DNA of 64,000 bases. Origin: an uncultured bacterium (GTDB taxonomy: Bacteria > Krumholzibacteriota > Krumholzibacteriia > Krumholzibacteriales > Krumholzibacteriaceae). Under the pieces are notes generated by a model. The model was not told where the DNA came from. It ran no database searches and saw only the letters and a program-made list of their open reading frames with translations. The position numbers and the translations under genes are program-made. The stretch covers positions 10,028 to 74,027 of the forward strand of contig CAZREW010000015.1 in assembly GCA_964599375.1 (NCBI GenBank). The letters run 5' to 3'. Shown one piece after another: positions 12,053-20,265 of this stretch; positions within the stretch are counted from its first letter, which is position 1, and each line of letters begins with the position of its first letter.

Positions 12053-13587
12053 CAGAAATCCCAGACGAATGAGAGGTGACCGAATCCCTCGTCCATGTCA
12101 TCGCCGCCGCCCGAGGCGGAGGCGTATCCCGCCGCCGCCTCGATGAACGACCCGTGCCCGAGATCGACATTCAGAGCGGCGCAGAAGGTCCGCTCGTTTT
12201 TGACTTCGCCGCTCGGGAACGGAGGATCTGGATCTTCTCCCCAGTCCCATTGCCGCATGTCGCTTCCCTCACCTCTGCGTACCCACGTCCCCTCGACCGA
12301 GAGCAGCGCCCTCGGATGCAGAGGCGTGGAGACCCTCAGCGACCATCTGTCGGCGTCGGGGCCGAGCATGTCCCCGATGATCCTGCCGGCCTTCTTCCCG
12401 CCGTCCCCGGTGACGTAGGCTGTCAGGATGCTGTCCTTGTGGGAGTATGTGTAGATACCGATCCTCGTGTACGAAGCCCGCAATCCGACATCGTGCCCCC
12501 AGGGTGTCACGAGCGCGTCGGCGCCGACCGTCCAGCCGAGCTTGTCCGGCGCCGGCGGATCACTCTCGTACTGGACGTCGTCCATCAGCAGCTCGCCAGA
12601 GATGACGAGCCCCCTTGTGACCGGTACCTTGATGTCGGCCGACCAGAGGATGTTGTCGTCCTCTTTCTCGCTGTACTGGTTGGCGTAGAAAGCGCCGAAG
12701 GGGACGAGGTATGCCCAGTCGAGATCCCTGCCTGTATACAGCACTGTCTCGCTTATCCCCGCGTATATCCTCGCCGGCAGCCTGATCTCGAGCCTGTGCC
12801 CGGCGAGCCTGCGCGGCGCGTACGGGTCGAGCATCGCCTGGAACATCCTCAGCGTGAACCTTCCCATCGATATGTCGAAGGCGATATGGTCGTGCGAACC
12901 GGAGGTCGACGACATGAGCAGGCCGCCTGGCCCCTGCGGGCCCCACTGGATGTAGTCCCTGCCGAGCTGCAGCCTCCACCTGCTCCCCGCGAACGCCACA
13001 TACCCGCGCTCGTATTCGAATGTCAGGCCGCGCCAGCTCCTTACCCTGTCGAGTTCCTCCTCCCTCTCCCTTTCCGGACCCGTCATCAGCACATAATCGG
13101 TCTCGAATGTGACTGCGCTCCCCATGCCGAGAAGGAATGTCGGGATAAGGAGCCCGTTCGCCTCTGCGTCGCCGTCCTCCTCGGCCCGCTTGACGAGCGA
13201 GCCGCCCGCTGCGAGGTCGATCGTGAAAAAACGCCTTCCCTCCCTCAAGGTCCAGAGCGGGCCGTCCTCCCTCTCTTCAGGTGAGTTTTCCATCCCCTGG
13301 AATTCCTCCCTGAGCCGCCCGAGGATGAACTCCTGGCGCGGCGTGAGAACCACGCACCCACCCTTCATCGACTGCATTATGCGATCGACGTACGCCTCGA
13401 CTTCCGATCTCGAGTAAGGGGACGCGGGATCGAGGGCGACCAGCCCGAGTGTCTCGAACGTCCTGAGCGCGGGATATATCCAGCTTCGCGGTGGTATCGT
13501 CTCGTCCGAGCAGAATGACGCCGAAGGCGCCAGCAGCAGGGCGGCCGCGACGAATATTGCTGCGGGGATCGATCTGCGGGGCGTCAT
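12052..13587 (-). CDS. Capsule assembly Wzi-family outer-membrane protein
   Basis: Signal peptide (MTPRRSIPAAIFVAAALLL), N-terminal helical segment (WIYPALRTFETLG), GRDYIQWG, LAGHRLE, GPDAD motifs, alternating beta strands, terminal Phe. Start at the ATGA overlap, 13587. Confidence 0.7.
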   Translation of the reverse strand: MTPRRSIPAAIFVAAALLLAPSASFCSDETIPPRSWIYPALRTFETLGLVALDPASPYSRSEVEAYVDRIMQSMKGGCVVLTPRQEFILGRLREEFQGMENSPEEREDGPLWTLREGRRFFTIDLAAGGSLVKRAEEDGDAEANGLLIPTFLLGMGSAVTFETDYVLMTGPEREREEELDRVRSWRGLTFEYERGYVAFAGSRWRLQLGRDYIQWGPQGPGGLLMSSTSGSHDHIAFDISMGRFTLRMFQAMLDPYAPRRLAGHRLEIRLPARIYAGISETVLYTGRDLDWAYLVPFGAFYANQYSEKEDDNILWSADIKVPVTRGLVISGELLMDDVQYESDPPAPDKLGWTVGADALVTPWGHDVGLRASYTRIGIYTYSHKDSILTAYVTGDGGKKAGRIIGDMLGPDADRWSLRVSTPLHPRALLSVEGTWVRRGEGSDMRQWDWGEDPDPPFPSGEVKNERTFCAALNVDLGHGSFIEAAAGYASASGGGDDMDEGFGHLSFVWDF

Positions 13588-14741
13588 TCGGCGGGCTGTC
13601 CCTGTTCCCCGGCGGTCACTTGTGATGCGCCGGCTGCCAAGCGGTAGCACTCGCTCGCCTTTCTCTTGTCGTCCTGCTTCTCGTACGAGATGCCGAGACC
13701 GAAATAGACCTTGGAGTCGTCGGGATTGATCTCGGTCACCTTCCTGAAATATTCCTGGGCCTTCTGCGGCTGCTCCAGCCTGTTGAAGCACTCGCCCACG
13801 TAGTAGAGTATCGTCGCGTTGCCTGGGTTGAGCCTGGCGGCCTGCTCGAGATGCTTGAGAGACTTGCCGTAGACTCCCTTGCGGTAATATATGAAACCGA
13901 GGTAGAAGAGAGCGTTCACGTTGTCGCCCTCCAGCTTCAGGATCTTCCTGAACTCGGCCGCCGCGTCGTCGTAGAGATTCTCGTTTATAAGCGCGAGGCC
14001 GAGGTTGTAATGTCCCTCGACCGAAGAAGGATCTATCTCCAGCCCGATCCTGAACTCCTTGATCGCCTGTTCCTTGTCGCCTTCCTCTCCATACAGCGCG
14101 CCGAGGTTGAAGTGCGCCTCGGCGTTGCGGGGGTTGTGCTGCACCGCCTTGCGGAACTGCTGAAGTGCGGCGCTGCGACGGCCCTCGAGATCAAGGATGT
14201 AGCCGAGGTTGGTATACGATTTCGAATGGGTCGGATCGGTGGCTATGGCCTGCCTGTACATCCTCTCGGCCTCGCCGTACCTGCGGCTTTTCGTATATGC
14301 CACTCCGAGCCGGTAATAGCATTCCGGATTGTCGGGCTCCCTCTCGATCGCCCTCATGTGGAACCCGATCGCCTCGTCGAACCGTCCCTGCAGCTCGAGG
14401 AGCCTGCCCATCCTGTAGAGGGGGAGAGCGTCGCCATCGCTCATCGCGTCGATCCGCCTGTAACCCTCGAGTGCCAGCTCGTACTTTCCGATCCTTTCGA
14501 ACATATTGCATGCCTCCAGGATCTCCTCTTCGTCGGCGTCCGTGCTTACTATAACGTCGCGAAGGCAGGCCTCTGCCCTCGGGCTGTTTCTCTTGCGCAG
14601 ATAGAGTTCCGCGAGCTCGAGGACTTCCTCGACATCAGCCTCGCCGAGGGAGGATTTCTTTCTCAGGCGGGCGATCTCCCTGCTCTCTTCCCGCACCTCA
14701 CCCCTGGTGAACTCGAGAAGCTTCTCCCATCGCAGGCCCAT
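13584..14741 (-). CDS. Tetratricopeptide-repeat protein
   Basis: About 9 tandem 34-aa TPR units (e.g. YYRLGVAY, AHFNLGALY, GHYNLGLAL). No signal peptide. Confidence 0.9.
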   Translation of the reverse strand: MGLRWEKLLEFTRGEVREESREIARLRKKSSLGEADVEEVLELAELYLRKRNSPRAEACLRDVIVSTDADEEEILEACNMFERIGKYELALEGYRRIDAMSDGDALPLYRMGRLLELQGRFDEAIGFHMRAIEREPDNPECYYRLGVAYTKSRRYGEAERMYRQAIATDPTHSKSYTNLGYILDLEGRRSAALQQFRKAVQHNPRNAEAHFNLGALYGEEGDKEQAIKEFRIGLEIDPSSVEGHYNLGLALINENLYDDAAAEFRKILKLEGDNVNALFYLGFIYYRKGVYGKSLKHLEQAARLNPGNATILYYVGECFNRLEQPQKAQEYFRKVTEINPDDSKVYFGLGISYEKQDDKRKASECYRLAAGASQVTAGEQGQPAE

Positions 14742-14787
14742 ACGCTACCCCCTGAAGATGATCCGGTCGTTGCATGCTCCCGGCAAC

Positions 14788-14817
14788 AGGCTAGAACAGG
14801 CCCCTGCCGCCTGTCAA
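14788..14817 (-). promoter_or_regulatory. Putative sigma70 promoter of the TPR-wzi-ubiA-uppP run
   Basis: Minus strand TTGACA (14817-14812), 18-nt spacer, TAGCCT (14793-14788). Confidence 0.5.
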
Positions 14818-14862
14818 GTATCATCGGGGCTGTATTTTACGGAAAGTCTGAAAGGCTTCGGA

Positions 14863-15333
14863 TCAGAATCCGAAGCCGCGCCTCGAATAGTAGGGGTTGA
14901 GATAGTTGCCCTGCGAGTACTGCAGCCTGACCATCAGGTTCTCGCTCGGTTTCCAGGTGACGTTTAAGTCCGGGATCATCACCTGGTAGCCGTTCATGCC
15001 ATCGCCGCCCATCATGTACGAGCCCACTCCGACATCCCAGTTTAGCGTGACGGAGCCGCCCATCTGATAGCTGAAGTGGCCCATGTAGTATCCCATGCCG
15101 ACGTCGCCGAATCCCTTCGACGAAGCGTAAGAGAATCCTACTGAGCTGTGGAAGTTCAGGCCGGGTATCCTGAGAAAGCCCGCTCCGGGGTCTACCGGAT
15201 TGAGATAGTCATCGAACACGCTCCGCTCGGGCGCGGGAGTCGTCACGGTCTGCTGCGCCACTGCGGAAGCTGCCAGCAGAGCGATGGCTGTCATCAACGC
15301 AATAGCGGATGTGATTCTTCTCATGATGCTCAC
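14863..15333 (-). CDS. Secreted beta-strand-rich hypothetical protein
   Basis: Sec signal peptide ending AVA-Q; several amphipathic Tyr/Gly-rich strands; terminal Phe. Start may be 15324. Confidence 0.7.
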   Translation of the reverse strand: MSIMRRITSAIALMTAIALLAASAVAQQTVTTPAPERSVFDDYLNPVDPGAGFLRIPGLNFHSSVGFSYASSKGFGDVGMGYYMGHFSYQMGGSVTLNWDVGVGSYMMGGDGMNGYQVMIPDLNVTWKPSENLMVRLQYSQGNYLNPYYSRRGFGF

Positions 15334-15338
15334 CCGGC

Positions 15339-15692
15339 TTACCCGCCGAGAAGTTCCCTGATCTTTTCCTTGAGGGGAGTGAGGTCCACGGACTTCACTA
15401 TATAGGCCTCGGCGGCCCAGGTCTTAAAGTTGTCCTTGAAGTCCGAATAGGCCGAATTGATTATCACCGGAAGATCCTTGCGGCGCTCGACTGTCATTAT
15501 CAGCGCGTCAATCCCGCTCTCGTCGCCGAGCTTCATGTCGAGGATCATCAGGTCCGGCGATTCCTTCTCGACGGACTCCAGCGCTTCAGCCACAGTCCCA
15601 GCCGATACCGTCTCATACCCCTCGCGACGCAACTCCTCGCTGTAGAGCTTCCTTACATTTATCTCGTCGTCTACTATAAGGATCTTTGCCAT
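15339..15692 (-). CDS. Single-domain response regulator (CheY-like receiver)
   Basis: KILIVDDE, PDLMILD (phospho-Asp), INSAY and VKS (conserved Lys); 117 aa with no output domain. Confidence 0.92.
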   Translation of the reverse strand: MAKILIVDDEINVRKLYSEELRREGYETVSAGTVAEALESVEKESPDLMILDMKLGDESGIDALIMTVERRKDLPVIINSAYSDFKDNFKTWAAEAYIVKSVDLTPLKEKIRELLGG

Positions 15693-15795
15693 CGGCTCCC
15701 CCGAATAAAAAACCGCGATTCAGCCGAATCCCGGTTCTATCATCGCCATAATTTGTACACCGGTCAAGTTCTTTTGTTCCGCCGGAGAGGTGAGA

Positions 15796-16953
15796 TCAGC
15801 CCGCATGGACCTTGATGTCGAGTATTACCTTTATAGGCACCTCGCTGCGGATCTCCTCCTCTGAAAGTTCGATCGGGACCGTGACCATCTTCGAGGGGCG
15901 TTCCTTGTTCTTCTCGGCCGAAACGGGCCCCTCGTCAGCGGCCACCTCCGGCTTTTCCTCCGGCAGATTGACGAGCGGATCGTTTATAAATCCTTCTTCT
16001 TTCTTCCCATGCGCCTCTACTACCTCCTGAGCCACAGCGACGCTGGATTTTACCTCCGCTTCCTGTCCCGCAGGTTCCCGGCCGTTGTCTCCGAGCTCGA
16101 CCATGTGCCCGTACTCCTCGTACCCTTCCCGAGCCATGCCGAGATCCTCGGCAGATTCTTTCTCACCCTCGGTCAGCACGTGATCGACAAACTCAGAGAC
16201 AGACTCGTGCTCCTCTTCTCTCTCCTCTGCGTAACCTGAAGTCTCGCTCTCGCCTGCCTCTGAGTCAATGCCCTTTGCCGCGCCCTGCGCTACTACCTCT
16301 GCGTCGACCAGTCCTTCGTCCTTGCCGCTTTTCTTACCCTCTTCCTTTCCGGCCTTGATGTCCTTGAGCTCACACCTGAGCTGCTTGAAGACCAGCTTGG
16401 CTATACCCTCGAATGTCTCGTACACCCCTCTGCCGTCGGTGGCCACGGCCTCGAACGAGGGGACTTTCCATTCGGAGTTAAGCCCCGCGTCGAGCTTCTT
16501 CCTGTCCATGCATCCCGGCACGTCCCTCTTGTTGTACTGCATCACCCAAGGGGTCCCGGAAAGTGACATCCCGATCTCATTGAGGTTCTCCTCGAGGTTA
16601 CTGAGGCTCTCGATATCGTCCTCCAGCCTGTCCGGGGAGGAATCAGCCACGAACACAAGGGCATCCACACCCTTGAGCACCAGCTTTCTGGTCGCGTTGT
16701 AATAGACCTGTCCGGGGACCGTATAAAGAAGGAACCTTACCTTGAGGCCGCCGAGTTCGCCGACCTCGATCGGAAGGAAGTCAAAAAAGAGCGTCCTGTC
16801 CGTACGCGTCTTCATCGAAACCATCTTGCCCTTGTTCTCGCGCGGGAGCTTGGAATACATGTACTCGAGGTTCGTAGTCTTACCGCTGAGCCCCGGGCCA
16901 TAATATACGATCTTAATGTTAACTTCTCCGCCTGCGTAGTTATAGACAGCCAT
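15796..16953 (-). CDS. mglA: MglA-family small Ras-like GTPase with ~190-aa acidic C-terminal extension
   Basis: KIVYYGPGLSGKTTNL, RTLFFDFLP, LYTVPGQVYYNATRKLVLKGVD, FVADS and QYNKRD motifs. Start at MAVYNY (16953) behind an AAGGAG RBS. Confidence 0.9.
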   Translation of the reverse strand: MAVYNYAGGEVNIKIVYYGPGLSGKTTNLEYMYSKLPRENKGKMVSMKTRTDRTLFFDFLPIEVGELGGLKVRFLLYTVPGQVYYNATRKLVLKGVDALVFVADSSPDRLEDDIESLSNLEENLNEIGMSLSGTPWVMQYNKRDVPGCMDRKKLDAGLNSEWKVPSFEAVATDGRGVYETFEGIAKLVFKQLRCELKDIKAGKEEGKKSGKDEGLVDAEVVAQGAAKGIDSEAGESETSGYAEEREEEHESVSEFVDHVLTEGEKESAEDLGMAREGYEEYGHMVELGDNGREPAGQEAEVKSSVAVAQEVVEAHGKKEEGFINDPLVNLPEEKPEVAADEGPVSAEKNKERPSKMVTVPIELSEEEIRSEVPIKVILDIKVHAG

Positions 16954-17198
16954 TATCAGCCACTCCTTGAAAAAGCCGGGGCGGGCTCCCGACCCGCTCA
17001 CCTGGTGCTGAAGACAAGGAAGCAGAATCCGGAGCAGGCGATACGTCACTTGAGCTAGGGTGTTCACTTCGTGATTCAAATGGAAGCGCCAACCCCGGCA
17101 GAGGGACAGAACCGCAAGTAACGTGCCACTGAAACATTATCAGCAGCATTTTTAACCCACTGTGAAAACGATGTTTAGGAAGGGTTACGCGATGTATG

Positions 17199-17231
17199 AA
17201 AAAAGTCCTCTCCCTGAAAATGAGAGAGGAC
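17199..17231 (-). terminator. Intrinsic terminator after the lipoprotein gene
   Basis: GTCCTCTC (17205-17212) / GAGAGGAC (17224-17231) stem, followed by T6 on the minus strand. Confidence 0.75.
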
Positions 17232-17275
17232 GACGTAAACTGCAAGTTACACTTTGCTGCCGTCGGCTGGAGACG

Positions 17276-17620
17276 TCAATCCGAACATTCGTGGCCGTCG
17301 CAGCTGTAAGTAAGGCTTTTCGTGCTGCCGTCAGAGACGGTCACCTGATCCGTCCAGCAGAAATATGCATTGCCGATCTTGGCGTTGCTGGCCATATAAA
17401 GATCATATGTCCCTGCCGCCAGCGGGAAGAAAGCGGGCTCCTCGGAAGAAGCGAGGCCCTGGTACTCGCCATCGACGAAGACCCACACGCCGAAGGAAAG
17501 GCAATCCGTGTAATTGAGCCTTATGCCCGTGGGTGCGACTTCGGTGCTGTTGTCTGAGCATCCTGCCAGCAGCACCGGCATCAGGGCCAGTACGAATATA
17601 ACGGCACCGAGCTGCCTCAT
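17276..17620 (-). CDS. Small Cys-containing lipoprotein, hypothetical
   Basis: Lipobox LLAG-C after a hydrophobic signal; short beta-sandwich (WVFVDGEYQG, GTYDLY), loosely PEGA-like; 3 further Cys. Confidence 0.7.
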   Translation of the reverse strand: MRQLGAVIFVLALMPVLLAGCSDNSTEVAPTGIRLNYTDCLSFGVWVFVDGEYQGLASSEEPAFFPLAAGTYDLYMASNAKIGNAYFCWTDQVTVSDGSTKSLTYSCDGHECSD

Positions 17621-17732
17621 CTGAACCTCCCTTTACAGTATTAAAGCCGGTCACCGGGCACTCCGGGGCCCCCGACCTGAAGGAAATCTAACAAATGAGA
17701 GGCGGAGCGACAAGTGAAAAACGGGCGGTCGG

Positions 17733-18209
17733 TCAGGCCTTCTGGAGCCTGGACCCGCACCAGGGGCAGAAATTGAACCTTTCGCTCACAGTGTGCCCGC
17801 AACCGCAGGGAACCTCCGGACCCTCGTCCTTTTCCCCTTCGGAAGAGACTGAGCTGAAGCAGTTTTTCTTGAGCTGGTCGTAGAGTTCCTGGGCCTTAGG
17901 CAGGACGAACTCGTAATCCCTTCCAGAGCAGACTATCACGCGGGGATGGAGGTCGCCTCCCTCGATGCGTACGTCATCGACAGTCGCGAGGTCGATCGAT
18001 ACACCTCTCATCCCGAAGGACGAATCGAGATGGGACACCTGGAAGTTAAGCCGGCAGTCGGTCATCTCGAGAACGCCCCGGGCTGCGATCAGGCGGCTGA
18101 CGTAGTATATCGCTTTTTGCATGAAAAGAGTCTTTTCCGTGCATACCTGCAACGTTTTACCTCCATCGATAGTATGTGCCTGATCTTTGCCAGAACCGTG
18201 CCATTTCAA
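17733..18209 (-). CDS. Hypothetical protein: PH/GRAM-like domain plus C-terminal zinc ribbon
   Basis: GVLEMTDCRLNF...SIDLATVDDV resembles a PH/GRAM fold; C-terminal CGCG...FNFCPWCGSRL zinc ribbon. Start uncertain. Confidence 0.6.
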   Translation of the reverse strand: MKWHGSGKDQAHTIDGGKTLQVCTEKTLFMQKAIYYVSRLIAARGVLEMTDCRLNFQVSHLDSSFGMRGVSIDLATVDDVRIEGGDLHPRVIVCSGRDYEFVLPKAQELYDQLKKNCFSSVSSEGEKDEGPEVPCGCGHTVSERFNFCPWCGSRLQKA

Positions 18210-18213
18210 AGGC

Positions 18214-18243
18214 TTGACAGCCCGCTGAACCGGGGAATATCCT
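18214..18243 (+). promoter_or_regulatory. Putative sigma70 promoter of the acyltransferase-GT4-MFS operon
   Basis: TTGACA (18214-18219), 18-nt spacer, TATCCT (18238-18243), just before the start codon. Confidence 0.55.
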
Positions 18244-18253
18244 CTTTGATGTT

Positions 18254-19105
18254 GTGAAAATGACGGGGAATACAGTATTCAGGTTCACGGCAGCCGTCCT
18301 TGACACGCTTCCCGGACGGATCCGAAGTATCGCCGCCGACGTCTCGGCCCTGGGTTGTTTCTGCCTCTCCCCGGGCAAGAGACGCAATGTGCGTCGCAAT
18401 CTCTCCATAGTGGGCGCTCCGCGCTCCCGAGGCGAAGTGCTGAGCGTCTTCAGGATTCATTCGATGAACATGATCGAGATGTTCGCCTCTTCGAGATGGG
18501 AAGAGGAGGAGATAACCGGCCGCATCGATTTCCCTCAGAGGCGCATGCTCGACGAAGCGCTCGCCGCCGGCAGGGGGGCTATCCTCGCAACGGCCCATAT
18601 CGGCAACTGGGAGCTTCCCGCTCTTCTTCTCGGCTCGCAGGGGTACCGGCTCAGCGTAGTGGCAGGCGAACAGATGAACTCCATCCTCACCGGCTCCCTG
18701 AAACGCGCCAAGGAAGCCAGGGGGATAGAGGTCATCGGCCCCGATCAGCCCTACAGGAGACTCTACCGGATCCTCAGGGACGGCGGCATAGTAGCCCTGC
18801 TCCTGGACGGGGACATCTTCGAGGGCGGTATCCCGATCGAGCTCTTCGGAAGGCAGGTCAACCTTCCGCGGGGGGCCGCGAGGCTCGCCATGAGCACCGG
18901 CGCGCCGGTGCTCGGCGCGTTTTGCAGGAGGATCAGCGACGACAGGTCGAGGATCACAATGGAGACGCTCCTGGGACCCACAGAGGCCGGGCGCATAGGC
19001 GAGACCGCTTCCCAGGACAGGATATTCCCGGCGATCGAGAGGTACATCCGCGAAAACGCTGACCAGTGGTGCATATTCAGGAGCTTCTGGGAGGGCGTCG
19101 CATGA
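18254..19105 (+). CDS. LpxL/PatA-family lysophospholipid acyltransferase
   Basis: ATAHIGNWEL acyltransferase motif; VALLLDGD, FGR..LPRGAARLAMSTGAPV and PDQW-like (ADQWCIF) C-terminus. Confidence 0.85.
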   Translation: MKMTGNTVFRFTAAVLDTLPGRIRSIAADVSALGCFCLSPGKRRNVRRNLSIVGAPRSRGEVLSVFRIHSMNMIEMFASSRWEEEEITGRIDFPQRRMLDEALAAGRGAILATAHIGNWELPALLLGSQGYRLSVVAGEQMNSILTGSLKRAKEARGIEVIGPDQPYRRLYRILRDGGIVALLLDGDIFEGGIPIELFGRQVNLPRGAARLAMSTGAPVLGAFCRRISDDRSRITMETLLGPTEAGRIGETASQDRIFPAIERYIRENADQWCIFRSFWEGVA

Positions 19106-20265
19106 AGATAGGGATCGTGACGCAGTCGTATTACCCCAAACCCGGCGGGGTCACCGAGGTCGTGCATCATACGGCCGCCGAGCTGCGTCGGCTGGGGCAT
19201 GATGTCACGATCATCACGACGAGGTACGGTCCCGGCAGGCAGAAGGAGCCCGGAGTAATAAGGATCGGGCGGAATGTCCTCTTTCCGGCAAACGGAGCAT
19301 GGACCAACGTGACGGCTGGCTGGAGGCTCCGCCACCAGCTCGAGGAGATATTCCGCAGGGAGAGTTTCGACATAATCCAGACCCACTGCCCTCTCGTGCC
19401 CACGCTTCCGGCCCTTACCCTTCTCGCCGACAGGCATGGAGCGAGACTCGTCGGCACCTTCCATGCCGCGGCCGACAGTAACTTCCTGTACGCACTCCTG
19501 CGCCCGCTGATCGAGTGGGGAGCCCGGAACCTCGACCACAGGATAGCGGTCTCAGGGCCCTGCAGGGATTTCAACGCAAAATACTTTCCGGGTTTTTACG
19601 AGATAATCCCGAACGGGATAGACTCTAAGCGGTTCCGTCCCGGCATCCCCCCGATCGAGGGACTCCGAGACGGAAAGCTCAACATCCTTTTCGTCGGAAG
19701 GATGGACAGACGCAAGGGCCTGCCCTACCTCTTCAAGGCACTGCCTCTGATCCAGCGATCGATCCCGCGCCTTGTCAGGCTGATCCTGGTCGGCGAGGGA
19801 AACCTGCGACGCAAAGTGATGCCGAGACCTATAAGCCTCGGCGGCGCGGAGATAATGGCCGTAGGGCGTGTCGACGCCGGGCTGCTGCCGAGCTACTACG
19901 CCTCTTCCGATATCTTCTGCGCTCCCGCCACGGGCAGAGAGAGCTTCGGAATAGTCCTTCTTGAGGCGATGGCCGCCGGCGTCCCCATAGTCGCCTCGGA
20001 CATCCCCGGTTTCAGCAAGGTGATCACGAGGGGAAAAGACGGCATTCTCACCGCCCCCGGGTCCCCCGCGGAATTGGCCGACGCGGTCGCCAGGATAGCC
20101 TCCGATCCCGGGATGGCGGCGAGGATGTCAGCCCTGGGGCGCCAGAAGGCCATATCCTACGACTGGGGATCGATCACCGCCAGGCTGGAAGAGAGCTTCC
20201 TGAGGGTCCTCACGGAAGGACCGGGGACGGCCGCACAGAGCAGGGAAAAGGCGGAGGTCCGATGA
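19102..20265 (+). CDS. GT4 glycosyltransferase, PimA-like
   Basis: MKIGIV..PGGV, FVGRMDRRKGL and APATGRESFGIVLLEAMAAGVPIVASDIPGF motifs. ATG at 19102 overlaps the upstream stop. Confidence 0.88.
   Translation: MKIGIVTQSYYPKPGGVTEVVHHTAAELRRLGHDVTIITTRYGPGRQKEPGVIRIGRNVLFPANGAWTNVTAGWRLRHQLEEIFRRESFDIIQTHCPLVPTLPALTLLADRHGARLVGTFHAAADSNFLYALLRPLIEWGARNLDHRIAVSGPCRDFNAKYFPGFYEIIPNGIDSKRFRPGIPPIEGLRDGKLNILFVGRMDRRKGLPYLFKALPLIQRSIPRLVRLILVGEGNLRRKVMPRPISLGGAEIMAVGRVDAGLLPSYYASSDIFCAPATGRESFGIVLLEAMAAGVPIVASDIPGFSKVITRGKDGILTAPGSPAELADAVARIASDPGMAARMSALGRQKAISYDWGSITARLEESFLRVLTEGPGTAAQSREKAEVR

Noticed and set aside
13588-13791. N-terminal extensions called for wzi, and likewise for coaX, valS, mglA, ftsZ, murF, murE, ftsI and the PorZ-like gene
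   Set aside because: Downstream starts with RBSs or start/stop overlaps match the family N-termini better.
16970-16998. Hairpin plus T5 just upstream of the mglA RBS, a possible attenuator or riboswitch in the ~245-nt leader
   Set aside because: The stem is only 5 bp and is separated from the T-tract, and I could not match the leader to any riboswitch consensus. A covariance search would be needed.
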